Notes under the pieces: model-generated | Told to the model about the DNA's origin: nothing | Database searches by the model: none | What the model saw: only the letters and a program-made list of their open reading frames with translations | Program-made: the position numbers and the translations under genes | Source: Corallococcus caeni | Lineage (GTDB): Bacteria; Myxococcota; Myxococcia; Myxococcales; Myxococcaceae | Length of the DNA: 64,000 nt | Direction of reading: 5' to 3' | NCBI RefSeq assembly: GCF_036245865.1 | Contig: NZ_BTTW01000008.1 | Location: forward strand, 224,396-288,395 | Part shown: one piece after another, positions 55,630 to 64,000 of the stretch | Layout of the letters: the number at the start of each line of letters is the position of its first letter | Position numbering within the stretch: position 1 is the first letter of the stretch

Positions 55630-56685
55630 TTACGGCTGCTCGCGGCAGAGGTTGCGCAGGGCGGTGGTGATGTCGTTCTGCTGCGGCACCGACGCCATCT
55701 CCAGCGCGTCCGCCAGGCCGATGCCCGGGATGAACTTGCCGGCGACCAGCCGGGGAGGCGCGAGCAGCGAGTAGAACAGCTCCTCCACGGTGCGCCGGAC
55801 CAGGTGCTCGCCGAAGTTCGTCACCTCGGTGTCCTCGTTGACGTAGAGCACGCGGCCCGTCTTCTGGACGGAGGCCTTGATGAGCTCCCAGTCGTAAGGC
55901 CAGAGCGAGCGCAGGTCGATGACCTCCACGCTCAGGCCTTCCTCCGCCAGCTGTGCCGCGGCCTTGATGCACAGGGGCATCGTGCGGCCGTAGCTGATGA
56001 CGGTGGCCTGGGTGCCCTCGCGCACCACCTTGCCCTTGCCGATGGGGACCGCGAACGCCTCCAGCGTGGGCCACTGGGGCTTCCACTGCGAGCGGTCACC
56101 CAGCGGCGCGTCGATCATCTTCGACAGCGCGCGGTCGTCCTCGGGCTCGCCCGGGATGCGCTCCTCGCCCTTCACGCGCAAGAGCGCCTTGGGCTCCAGG
56201 AACATGACGGGGTTGGGGTCCTGGCAGGCGGAGATGAGCAGGCCGTACGCGTCCAGCGGCGTGGAGGGCATGACGATCTTCCAGCCCGGGATGTGCGTCA
56301 TCGTCGCGTCGAACGAATGCGAGTGGTACAGCGACCCGCGGATGCCGCTGCCCACGGGCGTGCGCACCACCATGGGCATGGCCCAGTCACCGTTCGTCGC
56401 CCAGTGCGTGTTGCCCGCGAGCTTGAGCAGGTCGATGGTGTTGTAGATGTAGTCGCAGAACTGGATCTCCGCGACGGGACGGTTGCCTGCCATCGCCAGG
56501 CCCATGGCCGTGCCGATGATGCCGCGCTCGTCCAGGGGGCTGTTCCACGCCGTCTTCAGGCCCTGCGTGCAGGTGAAGACGCCGCCCAGCGGGGCGCCCA
56601 CGTCCTCGCCGAAGATGTCGGTGACGCCCAGGTTCTCTTCCGCGTAGTGCAGGGCCATGCGGATGGCCTGTGCCATGTTCGCCAT
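55630..56685 (-). CDS. 2-oxoacid (pyruvate/branched-chain/acetoin) dehydrogenase E1 component beta subunit
   Basis: Transketolase-like Pyr and C-terminal domains. EIQFCDYIYNTID ... VRTPVGSG. Confidence 0.9.
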   Translation of the reverse strand: MANMAQAIRMALHYAEENLGVTDIFGEDVGAPLGGVFTCTQGLKTAWNSPLDERGIIGTAMGLAMAGNRPVAEIQFCDYIYNTIDLLKLAGNTHWATNGDWAMPMVVRTPVGSGIRGSLYHSHSFDATMTHIPGWKIVMPSTPLDAYGLLISACQDPNPVMFLEPKALLRVKGEERIPGEPEDDRALSKMIDAPLGDRSQWKPQWPTLEAFAVPIGKGKVVREGTQATVISYGRTMPLCIKAAAQLAEEGLSVEVIDLRSLWPYDWELIKASVQKTGRVLYVNEDTEVTNFGEHLVRRTVEELFYSLLAPPRLVAGKFIPGIGLADALEMASVPQQNDITTALRNLCREQP

Positions 56686-56687
56686 GG

Positions 56688-57695
56688 TTATTTCTTCTCC
56701 GCGTAGATGTGTTCCCAGATGGAGTCGCCCGAGGGCTGCGGCTCGTCACGCACGGTGCGCGCCGCGGCGGCCAGCTCCTCCGTGTAGCGGTTGCGCACGT
56801 CGTCCATCTGCTTGCGGTCGAGCACGCCCTCCTGCTCCAGCCGCGCCTCGAACAGGCGCAGGCAGTCCTGCTCCTCGTTCACGAAGTTGGCGCCTGACGC
56901 GGACGAGTGCCCGTACAGGCGCGACACGCGCGCTTCAATGAAGAAGGGCTTGCGCTCCTTGCGCACGTACTCCATCGCGGCCTGGAGCTCCTGGTAGGAC
57001 TCCACCGGATCATTGCCGTTGATGGTCTTCGCCTGGATGTTGAAGGCGCGCGCGCGGTCGCTGATGTTCGTCTCGCCGTGCTGGCCGTCCGAAGTGGTGG
57101 AGATGCCCCACTTGTTGTTGGTGACGATGATCAGGATGGGCAGCGGGTTGGCCGGGCGGCTGCTCCAGATGAGGCAGCTGGCGAAGTCGCCCTCGGCCGT
57201 GCCCGCGTCGCCGCCGGTGACGATGGTGATGGCGTCGCCGCCGTGGCGCTTCTGGGCCATGGCCGTGCCCGGCGCGATGGCGTACTGCACCTCGATGGGG
57301 GAGGTGACCGGCGCGATGTTCTTCGAGCGCCGGCTGAAGTGGCCCGCGAAGTTGCGGCCGCCGGAGTAGGGGTCCGTGGCCGTGTTCTTCATCTGCCGCA
57401 GCGCCCCGATGGGCTCCTCGCCCATGGCCAGCAGCGTCGCGGACTGGCGGTAGTGCGCGTGCAGGTAGTCGTAGGCCGGGCCCTCGCCCACCTTCATGAG
57501 CATGCCCAGGGGGACGTTGAACGCCTCCTCACCGGGGCCGCCAATCCAGAAGTAGCCGTGGCCCTGCTTGTACATCTGGATCAGGCGCTCCTCCAGGACG
57601 CGCGCCTTCACCATCAGGTCATGGATGCGGATGAGCTGCTCTCGGGCGAGCGAAAGCGGCGCGGAGTTTTCTTTGATCAACCGGGGCCGTGACAC
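56688..57695 (-). CDS. 2-oxoacid dehydrogenase E1 component alpha subunit (TPP-binding)
   Basis: TPP motif GDAITIVTGGDAGTAEGDFASCLIW ... IVTNNKWGIST. Confidence 0.9.
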   Translation of the reverse strand: MSRPRLIKENSAPLSLAREQLIRIHDLMVKARVLEERLIQMYKQGHGYFWIGGPGEEAFNVPLGMLMKVGEGPAYDYLHAHYRQSATLLAMGEEPIGALRQMKNTATDPYSGGRNFAGHFSRRSKNIAPVTSPIEVQYAIAPGTAMAQKRHGGDAITIVTGGDAGTAEGDFASCLIWSSRPANPLPILIIVTNNKWGISTTSDGQHGETNISDRARAFNIQAKTINGNDPVESYQELQAAMEYVRKERKPFFIEARVSRLYGHSSASGANFVNEEQDCLRLFEARLEQEGVLDRKQMDDVRNRYTEELAAAARTVRDEPQPSGDSIWEHIYAEKK

Positions 57696-58188
57696 GGGCG
57701 GAGGACCTCGAAGGGAAAGGAAGGGACGCCCCTATACTCCGAACGCGGCCTCCCGACTCAAGGACCCTGATGTCACCGGTGTTCGCCGCCACCGTTTGGG
57801 CCCCCGGGTGGCGCGACGCGGCAATGAGCGGAACTCATCCATCCCCTGTGACGTGCTGCTTCCCGCGACCGGGAACACCTCCGGTAGAGGCTGATCGCAC
57901 GGCCGCTGGGGGGCCGGGAGGAGAGGCGCCCCCCGGGAATACGTCGATAGGTGGACTCCTCGCGTCAATCAGGAAGTGAGATACAGTCCGCCCCGCCCCG
58001 ACCGCGTCCCCACGCGCGCTCCCCCAGGTCTGCCTTTGTCCCGTACGAATACGCGCCTCGACCCTGCCCCTGAGTCCCCTGACGCGCCTGACGACGCAGG
58101 GCCCGGCACTCCGCCCCCTCCGCCGGAGTACACGGGCACCCACTCCCGGGACCTCACCGCCCTGCGCGGGGAGAACACGGCCACCCGG

Positions 58189-59838
58189 ATGACCGGGACG
58201 CTGGGGCTGCCGGCCACGGAGCCCACGAGCACGGTCATCGCGCCCATGGAGGCCGGCGAGCTGCCCAACGTGGCGGCCATCCGCGGCCTCCGCCTGGATC
58301 AGCTGCTGCTGCTCACCACGGGCGCGCTGGTCATCGTCATCGTGGGCCTGCTGGCCGCGCTGTCGGCGAAGACGACGGAGGCGCAGCTCACCGCGACGTC
58401 GGACCGCTTCACGCAGCGGCTCCAGTCCCAGGCGCGCGAGCTGGGCCAGACGGTGAGCCACACGCTGGCGCTCACCTCCGCCACCAGCCTGCGCGACAAC
58501 AACTATGCGTTCCTCACGGAGGTCGCGCGCTCCATCATCGCGGACAACCGCAACATCCTGCGCGTGCAGATGTTCGACGCGGACGGGCAGCTCGTCGCGG
58601 ACAGCGACCCGGCCGCGAAGCTGGGCGAGTCCTCCGGGGGCCGCACCGCGGAGCGCCGCTGGGCCAGCGCCTTCTTCCAGGGCCAGCCCGTCTTCGAGTT
58701 CCAGGAGCCGCTCGACTACGGCTCGCAGGGCGGCAAGGGCGTGGTCGTCATCAGCTACTCGCTGGAGGACCTGCAGAAGCAGCTGCACGAGCTGGAGGAG
58801 ACCAACCGCGCCGCGGTGCGCGCCAACACGCTGCGCATCGTGGGATTGGGCGTGGGCTTCGTGGTGCTGGCCGGCGTGCTGGCCGCCTTCCAGAGCCGCC
58901 GCATCACCAAGCCGCTGGGCGTGCTCACCCACCGCGTGATGCAACTGGCCGCCGGTGACCTGGGCGCGCGCGCGGGCACGGCGCCGGGCGCGGGCCGCGA
59001 GGTGACGACGTTGGGCGTGGTGTTCAACCACATGGCGGAGCGCATCAAGGTCCTGCTGGAGGACGTGCGCGCCAAGGCGCAGCTGGAGCGCGAGGTGTCG
59101 CTCGCGCGCACCGTGCAGGAGACGCTCCTGCCGGGCCGCGAGGCCGTGACGGTGGGCCCGCTGCGGCTGGCCGGACTGGTGGTGCCCGCGGACGCGTGCG
59201 GCGGCGACTGGTGGTTCCGCGCCGCGCTGGACGACCGGCGCGTGGTCATCGGCATCGGGGACGTGACGGGCCACGGCCTGTCCACGTCGCTGGTCGCCAC
59301 CAGCGCCACCAGCGGCTTCGCCTCCGCGATGACGCTGCGCGAGCCGTCGCAGGTGCACGCGCAGATGCTCATCACCGCGCTCAACGTGACGCTGGCCAAC
59401 GTGGGCCGCGGCGAGCACCAGATGTCCAGCGCGCTCGCGGTCATCGACGTGTACAGCGGCAGCATCGACTACGCGGCGGGCGCCCACCCGGCCGCGGCCA
59501 TCTACAACCGCAACACGCGGCAGATGGCGTCCCTGCCGGCGCGCGGCCCGCTGCTGGGCGCGAACGTCGCCTCGCAGTTCACGTCGCGCCAGGCGCAGCT
59601 GAGCCCCGGCGACATCATCGTCTGGTACACGGACGGCCTCACCGAGGCGCGCGACGGCGCCAACCGCCTCTACGGCACGCAGCGCCTGGCCGCCGCGCTC
59701 CAGACCCACGCCCACCTCCCCGCCGACGCCCTTCGCGACGCGCTCCTCGCGGACGTGCGCGCGTACAGCGCCGGCCAGCCCCAGCGCGACGACATCACCG
59801 TCATCGTCGCCGAATTCAGCCCCGCCCCCTCGCCGTGA
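58189..59838 (+). CDS. Membrane-anchored HAMP-domain PP2C (SpoIIE/RsbU-type) Ser/Thr phosphatase
   Basis: Transmembrane segment (LLLLTTGALVIVIVGLLAAL), a periplasmic-like sensor segment, second transmembrane segment and HAMP (ITKPLGVLTHRVMQLAAGDLGAR), then PP2C (GGDWWF ... IGIGDVTGHG ... VWYTDGLTE). Start ambiguous (57976, 58189 or 58246). Confidence 0.8.
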   Translation: MTGTLGLPATEPTSTVIAPMEAGELPNVAAIRGLRLDQLLLLTTGALVIVIVGLLAALSAKTTEAQLTATSDRFTQRLQSQARELGQTVSHTLALTSATSLRDNNYAFLTEVARSIIADNRNILRVQMFDADGQLVADSDPAAKLGESSGGRTAERRWASAFFQGQPVFEFQEPLDYGSQGGKGVVVISYSLEDLQKQLHELEETNRAAVRANTLRIVGLGVGFVVLAGVLAAFQSRRITKPLGVLTHRVMQLAAGDLGARAGTAPGAGREVTTLGVVFNHMAERIKVLLEDVRAKAQLEREVSLARTVQETLLPGREAVTVGPLRLAGLVVPADACGGDWWFRAALDDRRVVIGIGDVTGHGLSTSLVATSATSGFASAMTLREPSQVHAQMLITALNVTLANVGRGEHQMSSALAVIDVYSGSIDYAAGAHPAAAIYNRNTRQMASLPARGPLLGANVASQFTSRQAQLSPGDIIVWYTDGLTEARDGANRLYGTQRLAAALQTHAHLPADALRDALLADVRAYSAGQPQRDDITVIVAEFSPAPSP

Positions 59839-59846
59839 CGAACCGC

Positions 59847-62360
59847 ATGCGCCCATTTATCCGCTCCCCGCGCCGCGTCTCCACCGCGCTCGCCCTGCTG
59901 GCCACCCTGGCCGGCCCGCCGACGGCGCTCGCCCAGTTCCGCCCGCCGCCCGCCACCGAGGCGCAGCGCATGACGGAGCAGGGAGAGCAGTCGCTCGTGT
60001 CCGCCAACGCCGCCCTCGCCAAGGGCGACAAGAAGGAGGCGGAGGAGAAGTTCAAGAAGGCGCTCCAGCTCTTCGAGCAGGCGCTCACGCAGGAGCCGCA
60101 GTCCGTGTACGCCGCCGCGGGCCTGGGCAGCGCCGCAAACGCGCTCCAGGACTTCCAGCGCACGGTGGCGCGCGTTGCGCCGGTGTTCGCGCAGAACCCG
60201 TCGGAGCTGTCGCTCGCGTACCCGCTGGGCACCGCGTACTTCAAGCTGCGCCGCTTCGCGGAGGCCGTGCCGGTGCTGGAGCAGGTGGCCGCCGCGGATC
60301 AGCCCGACCACCTCATCGTCCACTACTACCTGGCCAGCTACTACCTCTACGTCCAGGACGGGAACCGCGCCGTGACGCGGCTGCAGCGCTACCTGGCGCT
60401 GCGCCCGGAGAAGCTCGCGGGCAACGACTTCCAGATCCACGAGCTGCTGGGCAAGGCGCACCTCATCCGCCGCGACGCCGTCGCCGCGCGCGCCTCGTTC
60501 GAGAAGGCGCAGGCCGGCCGCGCCGAGTCCGCGACCGCGCAGATTGGCCTCGCCGCCGTGCTGGAGCTGGAGGGCCGCGTGCCGGAGGCCCGCGCGCTCT
60601 TGGAGCGGCTGGTGACGAAGTACCCGCAGGTGGCGGAGCCGAAGGAGCGCCTCGCGCGCCAGTACCTCGCCGCGGGCGACGTGCCGCGCGCGGACATCCA
60701 GGCCACCGCCCTGATGAAGCTGGGCTCCACGCCCGCCGCGCACCTGTTGCTGGGTGACGTGCGGCTCGCGCAGAAGCAGCCCGCGCAGGCGGAGGCGGAG
60801 TTCCGCAAGGTGCTGGAGCTGCAGCCGGGCCTGCTCATGGGGCAGATCGCCGTGGGCAAGGCGCTCCAGGCGCAGGCGCGCCACGAGGAGGCCATCCAGT
60901 TCCTGGAGTCCGCCGTGAAGTCGGGCGGCGGCAGCCTGGAGCTGTGGGCGACGCTGGGCTCCGTCAACCGCCGCGCCGGCCGCTACCAGCGCGCGGTGGA
61001 GGTGCACCGGCGCGTGGTGGAGATGGCCCCGCGCCAGGCGCTGGGCTGGATGCTGCTGGGCGCGGATCACTTCGCCACCGGCCAGTGGGACCAGGCCATC
61101 GAGGACTACGGCAGCGCGCTCCAGGTCGAACCCGGCCACCCCGGCGCCAAGCAGTGGCTGGCCCGGGCACTGGCGCACCGCGCACGTGACCGCGCCGGCA
61201 CGCAGCGCCTGGACGACGCCGTGCGCGACCTGCGCCGGGCGTACGACCTGGACCGCTCCGTGGCCATGGCCCGCCGCCTGGGCGCGGCGCTGCTGGACAG
61301 CCACCAGTACGCGGAGGCCCGCAAGGTGATGGAGGGCGCGGTGACGCTGCCGGGCGCGACCTGGCGCGAGCACCTGCTCCTGGGCTACTCGCGGCTGGGC
61401 AGCGGCGACGCGCAGGCCGCGCTCGCCGCGTTCACCCAGTCCGGTGAGTCCACGCAGGAGCCGGATCAGCGCGCGGAGGCGTCCGCGGGCGCCGCGCTCG
61501 CGGAGGTGGAGCTGGGTCAGGTGGACGCCGCCGTGCAGCGGCTGACGGACGCGGGGCCCTCCAAGACGGCCTCGAAGGTGGCGGAGGCGAACCTGCCGCG
61601 CGTGCTGGTGCGCCGGGCCCTGGCGAAGCTGGAGTCCGGAGACGCGGCCGCCGCGAACCGGGACCTGGACGCGGTGGACCGCCTGGGCACCGGCAAGCGC
61701 GCGGACCTGGCGAAGCTGGCCACCTTCGCCCGGGCGCTCACGCGCGCGGAGGAGGGCCGGTTCGCGGAGGCCTCCGCGGGCCTCAAGCGCTCGCTCACCC
61801 CGGCGCCGGAGTGGGCGTGGCCCAACACGCGCGCGCTCGCGGACGCGTGGGTGCTCTACCGCCAGGGCAAGGTCGCGCCCTCGCGCAAGCTGCTCACCGC
61901 CGCGCAGAAGAAGCCCATGCCCGGACAGCCGAAGTGGATGGGCAACCTCACCGGCGCGCTGCTGCGCCGCGAGGCCGCGCTCGCCTACGCCTCCGGCAAC
62001 ATGAAGGCGTCGGAGAAGGCGCTGAAGGCCGCGCTCGCCGCGACGCCCGACGACGCGCTGGTGCAGCACAACCTGGCGTGCGTGGACTGGCGCCAGGGCG
62101 ACGCGGCCTCCGCGCTCGCGACGTGGAAGCGCCTGGAGACCGCCGTGCCCGTCGCCTCGCTCAACCTGGGCATCGACGCGCAGGAGCGCCGGCACGAACC
62201 CGCCGAGGCCGTGGACGCCTGGCGCCGCTACCTGGCCTCCGGCGCGGGCTCCCGCGCCGCCCAGGTGCGTGAATGGAAGGACCGCTTGCAGGGCCTCTAT
62301 GGACTGGGTGACGCGCAGGGCGCCACGCCGGCCACCGGGGTCGCGGAGGAGACGCCGTGA
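59847..62360 (+). CDS. Secreted multi-TPR repeat protein (837 aa)
   Basis: Signal peptide MRPFIRSPRRVSTALALLATLAGPPTALAQ. More than 12 TPR-like repeats. It lies 8 nt after the PP2C gene. Confidence 0.75.
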   Translation: MRPFIRSPRRVSTALALLATLAGPPTALAQFRPPPATEAQRMTEQGEQSLVSANAALAKGDKKEAEEKFKKALQLFEQALTQEPQSVYAAAGLGSAANALQDFQRTVARVAPVFAQNPSELSLAYPLGTAYFKLRRFAEAVPVLEQVAAADQPDHLIVHYYLASYYLYVQDGNRAVTRLQRYLALRPEKLAGNDFQIHELLGKAHLIRRDAVAARASFEKAQAGRAESATAQIGLAAVLELEGRVPEARALLERLVTKYPQVAEPKERLARQYLAAGDVPRADIQATALMKLGSTPAAHLLLGDVRLAQKQPAQAEAEFRKVLELQPGLLMGQIAVGKALQAQARHEEAIQFLESAVKSGGGSLELWATLGSVNRRAGRYQRAVEVHRRVVEMAPRQALGWMLLGADHFATGQWDQAIEDYGSALQVEPGHPGAKQWLARALAHRARDRAGTQRLDDAVRDLRRAYDLDRSVAMARRLGAALLDSHQYAEARKVMEGAVTLPGATWREHLLLGYSRLGSGDAQAALAAFTQSGESTQEPDQRAEASAGAALAEVELGQVDAAVQRLTDAGPSKTASKVAEANLPRVLVRRALAKLESGDAAAANRDLDAVDRLGTGKRADLAKLATFARALTRAEEGRFAEASAGLKRSLTPAPEWAWPNTRALADAWVLYRQGKVAPSRKLLTAAQKKPMPGQPKWMGNLTGALLRREAALAYASGNMKASEKALKAALAATPDDALVQHNLACVDWRQGDAASALATWKRLETAVPVASLNLGIDAQERRHEPAEAVDAWRRYLASGAGSRAAQVREWKDRLQGLYGLGDAQGATPATGVAEETP

Positions 62361-63274
62361 AGACGCCATCCCTTGTCGCGCGGTGGAGCCTCCTGCTCGC
62401 CGCCGTGTTGTTCGTCGCCATCCCCGCGTCCGCCGCGCCGAAGAAGGCCACGCTGGGCGTGTTCCTCGCCACCACGCTGTCGGACGGCCAGGAGCGCTTC
62501 CAGTACGCGGAGGCCCTGGCCCAGAAGCTGGAGGCCAGCCTGGGCCGCCCCGTCGCCGCCAAGAGCTTCGGCCGCTACGAGGACTTCTCCAAGGCGGTGG
62601 GGGAGGGGCAGATCGACTTCGCCGTGGTGGACGGCTGGGCCGCGGTGCAGCTGGGCGCCAAGGCGCAGGCCGTGGCGTACGCGCCGCGCGCCGGTGAGAC
62701 GCAGCAGCGCTGGGCCATCATCTCCACCCAGAAGGGCAGCGTGAAGGACCTCGCCGGCAAGCGCATGGCGCTGGTCAAGGGCGCGGGCCCCGCGGACCCC
62801 AAGTTCGTCTCCCACGTCGTGCTGGGCGGCGACCTGGATGCCCAGAAGCACTTCAAGCTGGTGCCGGTGCCCAACGTGGAGTCGGCGGTGAAGATGCTGG
62901 AGGCCAAGGGCGCGGAGGCCGCGCTCGTGCCGGTGGCGCACGTGCCCAGGGACATGCGGGTGCTCTTCAAGAGCGCCCGGGTGCCGGGCGCCGTGCTGGT
63001 GGACCTGAAGGGCGGGGGGGACGCGCTGTCCCAGGCCCTGTCCGCCGTGGGGGTGGTGGCCCCGTTCGACGCCTTCGCCCGCATCCAGGGCCGCGAGTTC
63101 GAGGACTTCCGCAAGCTCGTCACCCAGGGCCCCCCGCGCCGCCAGCCCGTCCTCGCGGACGCACCCGACCTGCGGGTGGAGACGCCCGTGCTGGTGCAGT
63201 CGGAGTCGCTGGGTCCCGCGCTGCCGCCCTTCGCGGACGACCTGGCCGTGTCCGCTGAACAGCCGGATGACTGA
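62357..63274 (+). CDS. PhnD/SsuA-like periplasmic substrate-binding protein
   Basis: Signal peptide. ATLGVFLATT ... RYEDFSKAVGEGQIDFAVVDGWAAVQ resembles PhnD-type binding proteins. The GTG start overlaps the TPR stop (GTGA). Confidence 0.5.
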   Translation: MKTPSLVARWSLLLAAVLFVAIPASAAPKKATLGVFLATTLSDGQERFQYAEALAQKLEASLGRPVAAKSFGRYEDFSKAVGEGQIDFAVVDGWAAVQLGAKAQAVAYAPRAGETQQRWAIISTQKGSVKDLAGKRMALVKGAGPADPKFVSHVVLGGDLDAQKHFKLVPVPNVESAVKMLEAKGAEAALVPVAHVPRDMRVLFKSARVPGAVLVDLKGGGDALSQALSAVGVVAPFDAFARIQGREFEDFRKLVTQGPPRRQPVLADAPDLRVETPVLVQSESLGPALPPFADDLAVSAEQPDD

Positions 63275-63508
63275 TTGCGCCGTGGCTGATCCGCGCACGG
63301 CGCTCCCGTCGCCGTTCGCGTGATTTGCCCGGATCGACAGCCACGACTTGGCCTTAGGCGAGTTATTGCGGTAATTTAAGAAGTCGAGCGGACCGCCACC
63401 GTTCAGGGGTGGAAACTCGCCCCTGTGGACGATTGCCAGTCGCACCGGCTCTGGATCCTGGCGCACGGACCGCGGACATCCCTGCTTCCCCTCGTGGAAT
63501 TGAGAACG

Positions 63509-64000
63509 ATGGACTCGACTGAGTACGGTGGGCCGCGCACCAACGCGGTGAAGGGGTTTGCCGGCCGGCTGAACGCGCGCGCATGCCTCACGCTGGTTGT
63601 CTGCGCGCTGTCGCTGTTCGTGGTGGAGACGGCCCGGGCCCAGGAGGCCCAGGACCCGGCTCCCAAGACCCGGACGAAGGCCTCGCGCAAGCGCGCGGCC
63701 ACCACGCCGGGCACGAAGGCCGCCACCCCGGGCGCGAAGTCCGCGGCGCCGGGGACGAAGCCTCCGCGCACGGCGAAGACGCGCCGGGGCGCGAAGACGC
63801 CGCCTCCGCCGGTGGAGCCGGAGCCCATTCCCGGAGAGGACCCCGCCGCGCAGGAGCCGGTGCTCGCCACCGAGCCGCCGCCCGCGCAGCCCGCTCCCGT
63901 GGCCGGCCCTGCCGTCGGCCCGTCCGTGGCGGATCCGATGCCCGTGGCCTCGCCCGGGACGCCCGCCTCGACGTCGCCCTATGACGGGCCGTTGACCTCC
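63509..64000 (+). CDS. Secreted Pro/Ala/Lys-rich protein, 5' partial (runs off window; missing from the ORF track)
   Basis: My own frame-2 translation reads MDSTEYGGPRTNAVKGFAGRLNARACLTLVVCALSLFVVETARAQEAQDPAPKTRTKASRKRAATTPGTKAATPG... with a clear signal peptide. The two listed ORFs here (63583, 63597) are other frames. Confidence 0.5.
   Translation, partial: MDSTEYGGPRTNAVKGFAGRLNARACLTLVVCALSLFVVETARAQEAQDPAPKTRTKASRKRAATTPGTKAATPGAKSAAPGTKPPRTAKTRRGAKTPPPPVEPEPIPGEDPAAQEPVLATEPPPAQPAPVAGPAVGPSVADPMPVASPGTPASTSPYDGPLTS

Noticed and set aside
63583-63995. ORFs 63583..63984 and 63597..63995
   Set aside because: They are alternative frames of the same region. The frame starting at the ATG at 63509 gives a signal peptide and coherent repeats, and the other two give Arg/Pro-rich noise.
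1-64000. Scan for CRISPR arrays, tRNA or rRNA genes, IS elements and integrases
   Set aside because: No direct-repeat/spacer arrays were found. No cloverleaf-like conserved tRNA motifs turned up in intergenic gaps. No transposase or integrase-like ORFs were seen. The window appears to be ordinary chromosomal sequence rather than a mobile island.

Overview
This is a roughly 70% GC chromosomal segment that looks myxobacterial: it has a MYXO-CTERM-like tail, TSP3-OmpA and Kelch lipoproteins, many Ser/Thr-signalling genes, and a Myxococcales paralogous family. The ORF track is dominated by long antisense ORFs, as expected at this GC, so I called genes from recognisable protein features, signal peptides and gene packing.

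Called genes include:
- a TetR regulator divergent from an FAD monooxygenase, with a palindromic operator
- a hexapeptide acetyltransferase, a HAD hydrolase, an OmpA/TSP3 outer-membrane protein and a giant Kelch/HYR lipoprotein
- a standalone MnmC-type tRNA methyltransferase domain
- LysR, NmrA-like and Pat-like (NDP-forming acyl-CoA synthetase plus GNAT) genes
- a Ser/Thr kinase operon, methionine aminopeptidase, a YeiH-type exporter with its LysR regulator, MltG, and a PAS/GAF histidine kinase
- a GT39-like membrane protein with TPR repeats, an M6 metalloprotease, PEP carboxylase, a CotH-like kinase, an SGNH hydrolase, a PilZ protein and a GNAT
- E1 alpha and beta of a 2-oxoacid dehydrogenase, a HAMP-PP2C phosphatase in an operon with a TPR protein and a PhnD-like binding protein, and a partial secreted protein at the 3' edge

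The standout region is a tightly packed, co-directional operon at about 22.4-34.0 kb. It starts with a protein built from tandem ribosomal L7/L12-CTD-like repeats and a TPR-like protein. Nine genes follow at 24074-31375. Six of them are divergent paralogs of an uncharacterised small-protein family with three conserved blocks: an N-terminal amphipathic helix (IAxAQxxLD), a G(F/L)xPxFYxF-E-K beta-hairpin, and a C-terminal YSxKYxYSxEGSS-x-R(T/A)KLV(P/S)xPPP strand. Different paralogs carry an inserted or appended OmpA-like, PASTA or beta-sandwich domain. Interspersed are a coiled-coil protein with a Met-rich tail and two further PASTA proteins. None of these has a signal peptide. Start and stop codons overlap in several places, and a DUF3516-type DEAD/DEAH helicase follows 106 nt downstream. 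I could not place the family in any described system, and it is the best candidate here for a novel, possibly peptidoglycan-associated, assembly.

No CRISPR arrays, rRNA or tRNA genes, or mobile elements were seen.
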